This document shows, one piece after another, positions 1-12,241 of a DNA stretch of 64,000 nucleotides; position 1 is the first letter of the stretch; each line of letters opens with the position of its first letter. A model generated the notes under the pieces. That model did not search any database and was not told the DNA's origin. It worked only from the letters and a program-made list of their open reading frames with translations. The position numbers and the translations under genes are program-made. This stretch comes from Atractiella rhizophila (taxonomy: Eukaryota). Location: positions 1-64,000 of the forward strand of contig MU271355.1 in NCBI GenBank assembly GCA_021432655.1. The letters are read 5' to 3'.

Positions 1-506
1 ATGAAGCAGGCAGGGAGAAGGGGGAGTAATCCCGGAAACCACCTCCACCCAGGCTCGTACCACGCGGGACCATCAGATTCCTCCAAACTCAGAAACGCCA
101 GTAAGCGACCAGACAACGACCTACCATCGAAACCTAGAGAAGGAGGTCGACCCTCCAAACACGACTTCTGCGCCAGGTGTGGCAGAGCCCCATCCAACCA
201 CGGTTGGAACAGGTGCGAAGAGGAAGGAACAGTCGTCGGAGGCTCCAAGCGGTAGGTCACAGCTTCAACTGCACGGCGCTCACTTAAATGCTCCCCTCCA
301 GACTCTCAGGAAGGCATCAGAGACCCAAGGCACTTGTCGTCGCTTCAAGCGGTGAACAGATTTGCGCAATCTTTAACCTGCGAGAAGACGGATGCAAGAA
401 CCTGCTGGCAGACGGAACAGCCTGCCCTAGAGACAAGCACGTATGCTCCCTGCACGGCAGCAAGGACTGCAGAGCTCGTCAGCATGCTCCCCGATCCTCC
501 AGATGA
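1..506 (+). CDS. gag: Gag C-terminal part (CCHC knuckle plus CCCH/CxxH finger); predicted exons <1-251 and 302-506
   Basis: CARCGRAPSNHGWNRC in 1..255 and ICAIFNLREDGC...CPRDKHVCSLHG in 288..506. A GTAGGT donor (252), GCTCAC branch point (278-283) and CAG acceptor (299-301) join the two frames exactly. Confidence 0.7.
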
Positions 507-2277
507 GAGGATCGAAGTCCCTCAACCGAGAATCAACATCACGAACCCCAACGACCCAGCACGAACGATCATTACCCCCTACAGCGCATCTAATTTCCGC
601 AAGCAACTAAAGAAGTATAATCTCCTAAACGAATTCCAACACGTCGTGCACGGCATCCGAAATGGCTTCAACGTCGGCATTGCGACACTACCTGAACTAC
701 ATACATTCACCCCACCCAACACCCCAGTCGACGATGCCAGGAAGCGTTTCATCCATGGCTACATCCAGGAGGAGAACGCCAAGAAGAGGAACTTTGGGCC
801 CTACAACCGGGAGGAAGTCTCCGAAATATTTGGGGGCAAGGGCTGGAGGTCGAATCCGCTCAATGCCGTCCCAAAGGCCGGTGCCATGGACGAATTTAGG
901 CTCATAGAGAACGCCTCCAGAGGGGGTCTAGACGAATCCGGAGAAGACTGGCCCTCGGTAAACGACCTCATCGACTCTGACGACTTTCCCACAGAATGGA
1001 CTGCCTTCTCACAGGCGCTCCTCGACTTTGCACAGCTCCCGAAAGACGCCGAAGCAATGACCATCGACATAGCGGAAGCCTTCAAAACCATCCCTCTCGA
1101 CGAAGAGTCAAGGCGGGCCTTCGTCATACAGGACTACAACGGCAACTTCTGGATCAACGTGGTAGGATCGTTCGGAACCTCATCCCTACCAGGCGTATTC
1201 GGTAGTGTAGACGACGCTTGGGTAGCCATAGCCAGGAAAAAGAGGTGGAAGAAGATCTGGAAGTGGGTAGACGACCACGAAGTAATCTGGTCGAAATCAC
1301 TCAAGGTCTGGGGAACAGAGGAAGACTTCTTCAGCGACCTCGACGGCCTAAGGATACCATGGCACCTCAAGAAATGTGCGAAGTTCTCTCATCTCGTCAA
1401 GTTCATCGGCTTCGTTTGGGACTTCCGCGAACACACCATTTCACTCCCGAGAGAAAAATTCATCAGAACACTCCTCACGGTCCAAACGTGGCTCCAACCG
1501 AACTTCAGAGCGACCTTAGCGGAAGCCACCCACCTCCACGGCTACCTCCAACACGTCGCCTTCGCCATGTTCCAGTGCAAGCCATATCTCACGAATCTCA
1601 TAAACTTCATCGCCTCGTTCCCGCACGCCTTAGGGGAAGACAATCCCTGGCTCCTCAAGCGCGGTACACTACATCTCCCCAAAGGAGTCCGGAAAGATCT
1701 TCTCTACTGGCACGAACAACTAACGAAGGGACCACCCATCCGCAAAGTCACCAGACTCGACAAACCAGTCTCATTAACCTGGTTCGGAGACGCCTCCCTG
1801 GCGTACGGCATAGCGGTCCAGATCCACGAACACTGGAGCGTCTGGACTTGGACAGAAACCACCAAAGAGGAAAGGAAGATAGGCTGGGGTGAAATGCTAG
1901 CCGTAGAACTAGGGGTACTCCTACTCGAATGGCTCCTGAGCAGGAACAGAATCACTCTCAAGAAGGACCATCGAGCCGTCATAGTCAACACGGACAACCA
2001 GGGAGTCGAAGGAATCCTCCGTAAGTGGCGAGCAAGGAACCACGAACAAAACCAGTCACTCAAGAGATTGAGCGAAGTTACACAACGACTCGACGTTACC
2101 GTAGTACCCACATGGATCCCTTCCGAAGAGAACCCAGCGGACCGACCCTCAAGAGGCTCCTTTTCTCATCTCAAATACCAACTTTTCGTCTCCATACCGG
2201 TTCCACAACCAGTATCCAAGTTCATTATAAGCCACTCTAATCCTTCTTCCCTTCCAGTACCTAGTACTTTAGCATAG
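334..2277 (+). CDS. pol: Reverse transcriptase-RNase H of a YR retrotransposon
   Basis: Uninterrupted 647-aa ORF. RT motifs PLNAVPK, SVNDLIDSDDFPTEW, DIAEAFKTIP, FGTSSLPGVFG, KWVDD, FIGFVWD. RNase H motifs GDAS, EMLAV, TDNQGV, WIPSEENPADRPSRG. Confidence 0.95.
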   Translation: MSSLQAVNRFAQSLTCEKTDARTCWQTEQPALETSTYAPCTAARTAELVSMLPDPPDERIEVPQPRINITNPNDPARTIITPYSASNFRKQLKKYNLLNEFQHVVHGIRNGFNVGIATLPELHTFTPPNTPVDDARKRFIHGYIQEENAKKRNFGPYNREEVSEIFGGKGWRSNPLNAVPKAGAMDEFRLIENASRGGLDESGEDWPSVNDLIDSDDFPTEWTAFSQALLDFAQLPKDAEAMTIDIAEAFKTIPLDEESRRAFVIQDYNGNFWINVVGSFGTSSLPGVFGSVDDAWVAIARKKRWKKIWKWVDDHEVIWSKSLKVWGTEEDFFSDLDGLRIPWHLKKCAKFSHLVKFIGFVWDFREHTISLPREKFIRTLLTVQTWLQPNFRATLAEATHLHGYLQHVAFAMFQCKPYLTNLINFIASFPHALGEDNPWLLKRGTLHLPKGVRKDLLYWHEQLTKGPPIRKVTRLDKPVSLTWFGDASLAYGIAVQIHEHWSVWTWTETTKEERKIGWGEMLAVELGVLLLEWLLSRNRITLKKDHRAVIVNTDNQGVEGILRKWRARNHEQNQSLKRLSEVTQRLDVTVVPTWIPSEENPADRPSRGSFSHLKYQLFVSIPVPQPVSKFIISHSNPSSLPVPSTLA

Positions 2278-2408
2278 CAATCACATTAAATGTATCTATC
2301 AGACATAGCATCAACATTCAATCATTCAATTCACAAGTGTAGACTGAGACCTCCAAGAGCGAGGAAAGCAAATAGGCACGTGCAAGTGAAACCCATCTTG
2401 AAACCACC

Positions 2409-3053
2409 ATGAACAATAAACGGAAGGCAAGCATCTCTAAACGCAAACCCAAGGAACGTGGCCCTAGGAGAGCAAAAAGGCCTAATCCTCCACCATGGGG
2501 AACGCGAGAAGAACTAGACAGTGACCTCACAGCCTACGAGACCTTCGCTAGACAGAATGCTTCATTCAACCAAGAGTTGGAGGATAGGTTCATCCCCTGC
2601 CGAGCTGGAGATCGACTACGCTTATGGCGCGGCGTCGACAACTTCTCCCATCTCCTACTCGACGTGCCCGTATTCAGAGCCATAGCGTACGCTGCAAACG
2701 AGACCTCCCTCACCGAATCCACCTGGAACTCTTACGGCTCGGCACTGGCCAAATGGAACTATTTCTGCAACAAGTTTTGCATACCCTTCGAGGACAGATT
2801 TCCCATCAAATCCCAACAACACCTCGTATCCTTCTGCCTCTGGGCAACGGGCCCTCCGGATATCTACCCTCAGGCGTTCCGCCCCCTCACAACCATTGGG
2901 ACCCAAACCCTCGAGAACTACATCAGTTCACTCAGATCATGGCATGATCTGCACGGTGCCCCATGGCCCTGGGAGAAGGATAAGCCCGTAGTGTTAACGA
3001 AATGGTTGCGAGGAATAAGCAATATCATGGGTCAATCGCACAAAAAAGAGTAA
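2409..3053 (+). pseudogene. Tyrosine recombinase, N-terminal core-binding part only; catalytic domain absent
   Basis: STWNSYGSALAKWNYFC...TLENYISSLRSWHDLHGAPW is typical of fungal Ngaro/DIRS YR N-termini. The ORF stops at 3053 and no catalytic R..HxxR..Y motifs follow. Confidence 0.8.
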
Positions 3054-5732
3054 GCAATTCCAACCCAAAGTCACATGAAGGCGCAGGTCGTGGTAAACGA
3101 GATAACCCACCGCGGCTTCGAGGCCACGAATAACCGCCAACACTCAGACATCCATGAACATGAGTTCAGTCAACCGAAAAGAGGCAAACCAGTTGCCAAA
3201 GCCGCTCCTCGTCGCGGTGTGGTGGTCGGTACAGCATCAGGACGAAACGGCTAGTTTCTCCTCCTGTTAGGACTTCGGAACTGCTTTTGGGGTGAGCCTT
3301 TCGTCTTGCTTACCACCTCATTTGGGGTCCTTTCAAAGCTCACAAGCTCTCGTTGGCTCGCAGAACCCTCGCAAGCCAAACCTCAACGCGTGAGCCTAGA
3401 AACCAAACACAACCACGGAGCAGTTTGAACACCTGAGTGCTCAGAGCGTTGGCAAATAGAAAAATGCGTTCGAATTTCATATAGACCTCGACTCACAACT
3501 TCGAACGCACTCCCAGTCAGAGCGATACCAGAACTGGATCAGCGTGCTTGGACAGGTCACTTCCCGCCTTTAACGCTTTCCTAATTTGGAATTCACCTTT
3601 CGTGATGTACTAGACTGCCAATTCACGAATTCACAGTTGTTTTGAGAATTGGCTGGGCCACGGTCTCGAAGGCCGTGAATCTGGTCTTCATTTCTCGGTC
3701 TCGTAAGCCTCAAAGAGAGCCGACTGGGGTGGTTTGCCCCCATATCTCCGCATTGTCACGAGGGCACGCCTCTGACAAACTTGGAAGGCGGCGGGCGCTC
3801 TGTTCTTTAGCTCGTGCGGGATCACACTCTGGCAGTGTAAATATCTCCTTGGGTTCCTCAATCAGTCGTCCTTCGCCTGACTCGTTTGATTTCCGTCCGT
3901 TGGGATTGCTTGGCAATTGCAGTGGAGGAGGGAGGATGGTTAGCCTTTGCGGGATCTTGTTGACGGGTGTCCAGTGAATGGCAGGAACCCCGGAAAGGCG
4001 TGGTTTGGTGAGGACAGGTTCACCTAGCAACATGTTTCATTATCCACACAGGAAAATAATGGAAGAGTGGATCAGTTCACCATCCACCACTCCGCAAATC
4101 CAAGATACCTTATCGCATGCAATCCTTCCGTCTATACCGCTGGACAATCTATCAATCACCCATCCTACAACGTCAATCGCTCACCATGCAGGCAGCACTA
4201 CACGACCAATCATCATTGACGATCCACCAACGGGGACGATGACACCTCCAGTCAGCCTTATGTTTTGCGGATTTGTCGTTCGATCCACCATCACCGTCAT
4301 CTCTTCTTGCATGGTGAAAGGAGTGGCAGTGGACGCAAGGCATTGCAGGAAGGCAAGGTTTTATACCACAACTTGATCTAACCGTGCATCAGTTCTTCTT
4401 TCGGGGCGATTGTTGTATATGTTGAGGTCTGAAATGAGGAAGGCGGCGCTGAATCCTAATCATGAATCGCAAATGCTAAGTTTCCTCTCGCATGGGAATC
4501 CGTAGAATGCCTATACTTTAAGAAGCCGCCTATACGGGTTAGCCCCGTGGGTAGCGCGGGTACATGTGGGCCGTGTCGTGATGTTGTGGTTAAGGCGCTT
4601 CCAGTTTGATACGAGGATTGGACCAGGATACCCGGCCTTACTTCTTGTTTGGGGCCCTCGCTTAGGTGACGACGCCAGCTCTATTTCCCGCATGTCTCAG
4701 GTTCCTGCTCGTAACTGGATGCTAATCTCGACCATACCACGCTTCGAACGTTCTTTGTACAGTACACGGCCCTTCATGATTGTGTAATCATAACGGGGAT
4801 AGAGCCCCGAACAGGAGCAGAGGTTATGGCTCCACCACCTTTCGGGATCAGAGAGACGCCATGGAAGCCCATACACCACTTCTTACCGCACACGACTGTC
4901 ACTTATCCCCCTTTCCAACAGGTGTCGCTTTGAATGGTTTCCTCAATGTAAGCCTCCTTTCCTTGATACTCTCTTACATTACTGACTTAAGGGCAAGGGT
5001 AAGACCATGTTTTGGGTCTCGCATCGAGTCAATGAGCTGAGATGTCAGTCAGATGCCAAAGCCCTCATCGTTGACTTCGATGTGAACTAATCTCTTTCAT
5101 CGATAAGGTTAACGCAGTGCGTAGGAACAAAGCCACGAAAGCAAAAATAGAGGCAACGTCGCGGCTTAGCGAGCCACCCCTCCATTCTTGCCTTTGCTAC
5201 AAGTGTTGTTCAAGCTTGGACAGGAAATGTGGCCGGTATATCGCCTATTCGAGGCCCACATAGCACATTTTGCCAATGATACCATACGTTCAACTTCTCA
5301 AGGATCAAAATGGATACACCAGTGCCAATGTGTCTATCGAGCTCTGAGGTGAGCGTAAAGGAGTCAAGTGAACTACATATCCACCTCAGAAATACGAGAA
5401 GCGGAAGAGTTGATTGATTGATTGTGCAAGCTGAGATTCATGTCATTCCGCCTTTTTCGAATTCGCTAACCAAAATCTTGACGAGCACTGTAGCTTATCC
5501 GCCGATCCACTGTTACACCTAGATGACCTACAATGTCTGTCGTTGCATGTCAAATGAGCGATAACGTGAATGATAACAGAGCCTTTTCATGCTTTCCTGC
5601 TTGTGATCTGCATATGTTACCACTCGTGTTATCGCCGATTTCAAATCTATCTTGAAGATGAAATACATTCTGGCCTATCTGGATCTAACGTTGATCGGTG
5701 CTGGAAAAAGGATTGCTCGTCGAGTTTTTGGT

Positions 5733-6211
5733 TAGCTAATTGGAAATGTGGGATGAGATGAATCTCATGTTAGGATGGACAACTCACACCGCCACCTCAC
5801 TTCAAGTTCAGCGTTCTATAGGCATCCATTGGTATTTATGTCGATGGCCGATAATGGCCTGGCAATCTCGAGTGTGCGATGACACGCGCCGCAACAGAGC
5901 AAACTGATATCAAGATCTTCGATCGACTACAATATGCTAGTCTATTCAACAATACGATAACTGCCCCAAAGTTCTTCTTTCACGCTGCTTTTCCGCAGTA
6001 CGGCCAAACCGTCTCACTGCGAAAATATGAAAGCATCCTGATGCGCGATGAATTGAATCCTTCAAACGAACGACATCAACTTGCCTTCTTTCTCTTTCGA
6101 AAATGGATGTATGACCCCCGCCTATCCATAATGCAGACAAGGCGTTAAAGTTTACTTTGTCCCCTGTTGTTTATTGGCCATTCGAGATCTGAATGATTCG
6201 TATGACTGCTG
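5733..6211 (+). repeat. Left arm of a ~480-bp inverted repeat (pairs with 10169-10642)
   Basis: TAGCTAATTGGAAATGTGGGATGAGATG...GATCTGAATGATTCGTATGACTGCTG is the reverse complement, with scattered differences, of 10169-10642. Confidence 0.93.
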
Positions 6212-8467
6212 ATGTACATCGCGCATCAACCACGCATGGATAAGGACCCCAGTAATCTAATTGAACAATGGCTGAGTATAAAAGACCACACCCTGGGGCT
6301 CGTCAAAAACCGCCTTTCTTCCCCTTGGTCAGCTCTTTAGGCAGACAAACTGCCCCTGGTCTTTGGTTTGTCCTTCTCTCTTCACATTCAACGGCGGTCT
6401 AAGAGGGCTAATATTAATGGGGCATGCTTTAGCAGAGAAATGATCCCATTCCTCATTGTTTCCCTTCTGACGGCCATATTCAAAATCTCCGACTGGACCA
6501 CGAGCCACATCATACACCAACAAGAACAGCAGGAGCAAATGCTCAAAAAGCAAGAGCACCTCCTCCTGGATTCTACTAGTACTCTTTGCACTGGTGTTTT
6601 GTTTTTATTTGTATATTTGTATGTTTTCCTGGCGGCCGTGCTAAACACTTTGACACTTGGTGTGCAGAGGTATTGTGAGGGAGGTTACAGGTGGAGGACA
6701 GTGAGTTCCCTTATTATTCGATTTCTTCGACTTGATAGACGAGAATTTTTAGAGGGTTGAAAAGCCGAAAGAGAAAGAGGAACCTGGATTTTGGTCAAGC
6801 GCAGACATCAGAAGTTAAAGTTTACTCCTTTGTTCTCTGGTGTTTATCCACCATCGGGGATCTGAATGATTCGCATGGCTGCGCTCGTTTATTTAGGTCT
6901 ATACGGAGGCGAACGGTAACCGAGGTGGACATCAGAGCTTTCGGCCGCTCGTGATGCCACTTTGGCAATACTGACGACAAAACTTGTCTGCCCCCTGGGA
7001 GTATATCGAGTTTGCGCAAAATGACGGAGGCGTCGTCTTGCCTCAGTCTAAACTTTCCTATTTGTCATTCTATATTGGATGAAGCTGAAAATACTTTCGT
7101 TGTTTGTGTAGAATGTAATAATGATTATTTCGCTTTTCAGAGGCTTTATATACTTGTGGATACATTGTTCTAGACATGTCAAGACAAGTAAGATAAGAAA
7201 AAAAGCGAGAACTTGTGGCAAAAGAGGAATGTGATAGAATTACCACTCTAGTGAGATGGCAGGATGAATCATGGATGACAACAACTTTTGTTGCCCAATT
7301 CACGTTATATAATGTTCAGTCAGAAGAGAAATGCCCTCTTAAGGATAAGATTGGTCAACGGAGCAGTTTCAATTGATTGCGATGGGTCGCGGTCTGAGCT
7401 TAGCTGTCCTTGAACACGACTGTTGACGCTCCTAAGAGCCAATCCTAACTTGTTACACTCTCCACTCCCTGAGCATTCCCTGCAGTCCGGGTTTTTGTTT
7501 GACTTAGTGGCGAGAGCGGGTTAGCGATGGTTTTCACCGGTTGTCGACAACCCATCTAACATAATTTCCAGCGAAAACAAGGGATGTTTCGTCAGCCCAA
7601 AAAGTTCAAACCCACGTTGAAACTTTCATCTCACTTCTTTCTCTTTCACTTCAAAATAGCAAGTGAACTTCAACCCATTGACGGCATGACTCACGTTAAC
7701 CCTAATCCCATTATACCCACACCGTCGATGGTTGGAGGATATTCAGGCACTCCATATTTTGTTTCTTCACCTTGCCGGGTCCGACAGGTCTTACAGAGTG
7801 TTTGGGGATGGCAAGGTGCTTTTAAACCTCATTTTACCTCATTTTGAACATTGGCCACGCCACAAGATCCGATTTTTGACAGCTCTCAGCATCCGATGGG
7901 CTCATCAAGTCTCGGCGAGGGGAGGAAGGAAAGAGAGAGCCAGCGTTACTCGGGTTGACTGTTGGAGCATATGCCAAAAGGTGCAATACTTGGGTCTTTT
8001 GGTTAGCGTTAGGGTTATCGTCGTTAGAAGAGGCGCCGTAGCGTAGTCACCAGAAGTCGCGCTTTTGTCTGTGCCCATGTTCTCCGTGTGAGTGCTGTCG
8101 CTATTGCATGGCACGCTCGCGCCATTGGCGCCGTTTGGTCCCTCATCTTGCATCCTTGGCTCCTGTACGTAATAGAACGCACGTCCTTAAACAGGAAGTT
8201 TGCGGTTTTTAAGGAGCAGCGCTAGCTTGGCCGACAGCGGCGGGCTCCAGAGCTTTATTCTCCGCTGTTTATCGGCCATTCGAGACCTGAATGATTCGTA
8301 TTGCTGTGCTTTATTTAGGTCAATACGGAGGCGAAGGGCAATCGAGGTGGCCATGAGAGCGCTAATGGTAGTAACCGGTCAAAACCGGCGATAAATTTTC
8401 AGTTGCACGCGAGTCACGTAGAATTCACTGCATTAAAAACGAAGTGTAGTCTTTTGTTGCAACAACA

Positions 8468-9179
8468 ATGCAAGTTATCCAGGTCCTTGTTTTTTTTGTG
8501 GTGCTCGCTGGACGAATCTACGATGTCCACTACGATGTCCAATCTCACAAAAATGTGTGGGCGTCATATCCCATCCTGCTCGCCACCAAGATAATTGTGG
8601 CTACATCTATTTTGGCTTTGCGATTGTGGGCTTTGCGACATCCTGAAAGACGCCAGTGGACTTTGGCCGTGTCCGTCTTCGATTGTGCGAATATTCCTCA
8701 CAGAGTGAATGACATCTGGATCCTCATTGTGTTTCTGCCCTTCTTTCTTTTCAATGACCCGATGTGCGCTTTTTCTCTTGTTTTTGAGTGGTTATTGAAC
8801 GCTAGTCGCCTTCAGCACGTTGTCTCTGAAGGACGGATACATTCAAGTTCCAGGACGTTACATCACATCCGAGACACACTTCAACGAAGTTGGGGCGGGA
8901 GAGGCGACGGTGGCGGAATTGCCTGAAGGGGTGACGGTGGAAGGAGGGTTGTCCGAAGAAGAGGTGGGAGAGTCCGAAGAAGAGGTGGGAGAGTCCGAAG
9001 AAGAGGTGGGAGAGTCCGAAGAAGAGGTGGGAGAGTCCGAAGAAGAGGTGGGAAAGATGTTGTCTCCTTCTCCGAAGAGGCGGGAGCAACGCTGTAGTGA
9101 GTGTCATAGAAGTGGCAATAACAAGCGGGGATGTCCTCGTTTACGTGCTGCTTCCAACTCCTCCCACATCTCCGCATAA
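8468..9179 (+). CDS. Hypothetical, probably spliced or fragmentary protein with an acidic repeat and a degenerate C-terminal zinc knuckle
   Basis: ORF 8820..9179 ends in RCSECHRSGNNKRGCP after (SEEEVGE)n. Upstream exon structure is uncertain. Confidence 0.4.
8951..9055 (+). repeat. 21-bp tandem repeat x5 (GTCCGAAGAAGAGGTGGGAGA)
   Basis: Directly visible; four perfect units plus one nearly perfect. Confidence 0.97.
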
Positions 9180-10168
9180 AGAGCTTTTGTACGTCCTTCT
9201 CAATCCTTCTCATTTTTCTTATGGGTATTGTCTAACCAACCAACCAATATCCTAGTTTAGTATTTACAATAGTGGACGACTTTCCATTTAAAAAAATGCA
9301 GCCTGCGCGGAAATCAATTTAAATTCCGACTGACTAGAATTCAGGCAAATTTCCGGGCAGGTATAACCTTCCCATCGACATCTATGATGGATTCTTCCCA
9401 ACAGCGTTTCAGTAAGAGGAGCAATGGAGATGCCCGAGGTCGTTATCAATGGCTGTCGGCCGATAAACCTTCATTCCTGGCGCTGATTTGCGATCCTAAA
9501 TATTATTGGCAAAGCTGGAATAGTTGGCAGGTTTATGCTTTCTAGAAATTGATATCCTTCCCGAGGTTATTTGGTCAGTGTGGCGCGCTTGGGCAATCAG
9601 CGCTTTTGCTCTTTCATCTTCCATTATGCTGGCGTTTATTATTTTATTGCCTCGGCGTAATAGAAGATGCCGGCCGGACGCGTCCTTGAACAGGATGTTC
9701 GCGGTTTACGGAGCAGCGCTACAGCTGGCTCCAGAGGTCCGTCTGGCCTCAGCCTCACAGGGCCATGAATCGTGGACTGGCTCGACCCAGCCGCACATCC
9801 CCTAATGCCCCCTCAATTTGAGACGTCTCGGTCTGAGGCGCTTGCAAAAAGCGATCTCGCTTAAAATGGTGCTTCAAAGAACTGCCTTCAACCTGCTCCT
9901 CCCTGCACCCGGGTATCTTTTGAAGAAGAGAAGTGCTCATAAACGTTATCCGCATGCAGAAACAGTCTAACGAACTCTGCGCGTGTGCTGTATATATTCG
10001 GCGGAACCGTTCTCAATCGATACTATGTTCAAAAACCAGCGCAATACGCATGCAGTACCGTGATCCACTTTAGAATCGATGGCATGTGAACGTCACGAAC
10101 GTTCCCGAAGACTTGCATGAGTTTGCCGCTTGGCAGTTACAATCAAGCCGACGACACCAGCGCTGAGG

Positions 10169-10642
10169 CAGCAGTCATACGAATCATTCAGATCTCGAAT
10201 GGCCGATAAACAGCAGCGGACAAAGAAGTAAAACTTTAACGCCTGATGTCTGCATTACGGACAGGCGGGGTCATACATCCATTTTCGAAAAAGAAAGAAG
10301 GCAAGTTGATGTCGTTCATTTGAAGGATTCAATTCATTGCGCATCAGGATGCTTTCATATTTTCGCAGTGAGACGGTTTGGCCGTACTGCGGAAAAGCTA
10401 GCGCGAAAGAAGAACTTTAGGCAGTCATCGTATTGTTGAATAGACTAGCATATTGTAGTTGATCGAAGATCTTGACATCAGTTTGCTCTGGTGCGGCGCC
10501 CACTTGAGATTGCCAAGCCCTTATCGGCCATCGACATAAATAACACACCAATGGATGCCTATAGAACGCTGAAGTGAGGTGGGGGGTGTGAGTTGTCCAT
10601 CCTAACATGAGATTCATCTCATCCCACCTTTCCAATTAGCTA
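10169..10642 (-). repeat. Right arm of the ~480-bp inverted repeat (pairs with 5733-6211)
   Basis: Reverse-complement match to 5733-6211. Confidence 0.93.
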
Positions 10643-10730
10643 GGGCTTGTCAACGACTTGCCAGAAGACTTGTTGCTTTGTTAATAGTCAACAACCTTGT
10701 CGTGGCGCTTGTCGGAGCTTGTTCAAAGGA
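10641..10730 (+). mobile_element. Possible hAT-like terminus
   Basis: Starts TAGGGCTTGTCAAC, followed by repeated CTTG(T/C) motifs. No partner end found. Confidence 0.35.
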
Positions 10731-10820
10731 CCGGTCGAAGCATGCTAGTGATCCTTATCCCATTTTCATGCTGCGTTGTTCCTTATCCGCCGCCTGAAGG
10801 CGACGCTCATAAGGCGACCC

Positions 10821-11488
10821 ATGGCCAATCCTCCTCTCTCTCCACACGTCCTAGAAATCATGAAAGCGATTTGGTGTGAGAGAATCTCTCCCTATCAACA
10901 AGTCGAATGTGAAGTGGAATCCAATATATCTGTGCATTTTTCACCACCAGATGGAGAGATAAGGTTTAGGATGATATATAAGCCAAAGACGGGCGATGGG
11001 GGAGACTGGATGGAGGTAGATGAAGAGGATGGGAGACTTCGAGGAAAGGTGCGTTTCCTTTCTGTACGAGGTTGCGAGTTTAACGCTATCACCGTGCCAG
11101 AACGACGTTCTTCAAGGGCCTGCAAGCGTGACATTCACAAACATCGGCTTTACGAAAGTCTTGCCTCCTTGCCTTCTGAATCCTCTCATTCATATTTTTT
11201 TTCAGTGCTGTCGTCCTCAAAGCAAGGCCGCATGTAACCCAGTCGTCCACCGAAGACTCCGAACATGACTCTGAATACACCGAAGAGTCTGGAGAGGATG
11301 GAGGGGCAGATGTAGATGGCGAAGCAGAGACAGTGGGCAAGGAACAACGACAGATGCCTCACCACCCGTTCAAGTCGCGGAAGCCTGATTTAGCATCGGA
11401 CCAGAAGTTCAATGTTCCACAGCCAGCCACCGTTAACTTTGCAAACACTGCCTCTACGTTTGTCTTGTCTCCTGCACCCTTCGTTTGA
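10821..11488 (+). CDS. Hypothetical multi-exon protein
   Basis: ORF 10776..11237 contains a GTGCGT...TTTAAC...CCAG intron-like stretch (~11049-11100), followed by an acidic segment. No recognisable domain. Confidence 0.35.
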
Positions 11489-11953
11489 CCTATTGATCTA
11501 TTGCAGTGCTCTCATCTCCTCTGCAACATGCATAGGAACTGAATCCTCCTCAGTAGCAGCAAAAAGAAACCAGGACCGGTCGAAGAGTCAGTGGTGATGC
11601 TTTTATTCTTCATTTCGAAATATCTCTTGAGATTTTGCCAGGCTCAGTGCCAGTATGTTATGAGGCAATGCGAGCATTCAACAATTCCACTTTCAGGTGA
11701 ACCACGTGATGGTGGAGAAAAAACCAGCGCGGCTCCCCGATGGCCAAAGCTATCTGCAGTCAAAACATGAATGGCGTTGAAGTGACAAACTTAAACATAT
11801 TCTGATACGGGCTTGATGACTTGATGACGTGCATGCTAGTTAAGGTTAGAATCCTAGAATGTCATGAAGTGTTCAGATTTCTCGAATTAAAAACGCTCGT
11901 TGAATACAATTTCTCTAGTGCTCCAACAAACAATTCTAGCACCCCTTTTTATA

Positions 11954-12241
11954 CCTTGAGGAACTCGGCAAAATGAGAGAAACGGCAAGGGGAAAGAAAA
12001 CTAGAGCCACAAATGAGTGACACAATGCAGCTCAAAACGGCGCCAAACTCTGACAGCGGTGTTGAAACTGTGCAACATCGAACAGATAGTGAGAACTTGG
12101 CCTAACTCCACAATTCTCGTACTCCGTGTCGAAAGTGTCAGAGTTTGGCACCGTTTTAAGCTGCATTCGTGCCACTGTCATTTGTGGCTCTAGTTTTCTT
12201 TCCCCTTTGCCGTTTCTCTCATTTTGCCGAGTTCCTTAAGG
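11954..12241. mobile_element. MITE with ~100-bp terminal inverted repeats and TA flanks
   Basis: CCTTGAGGAACTCGGCAAAATGAGAGAAACGGC...AAACTCTGACA mirrored by TGTCAGAGTTT...GCCGTTTCTCTCATTTTGCCGAGTTCCTTAAGG. TA on both sides; the symmetry extends to 11945-12250. Confidence 0.88.

Larger units (their letters stand above)
1..3255 (+). mobile_element. Ngaro/DIRS-type tyrosine-recombinase retrotransposon, partial (5' end outside window, YR truncated)
   Basis: Gag zinc fingers, then RT-RNase H, then YR N-terminus in that order. The right boundary is approximate; no terminal repeats could be identified inside the window. Confidence 0.9.

Noticed and set aside
3642..5040. Overlapping short ORFs
   Set aside because: No recognisable motifs; multiple stops in every frame.
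11049..11130. TnpB/Fanzor-like motif ITVPERRSSRAC
   Set aside because: The first half lies in a probable intron, and no RuvC-I/III or zinc-finger motifs are nearby.
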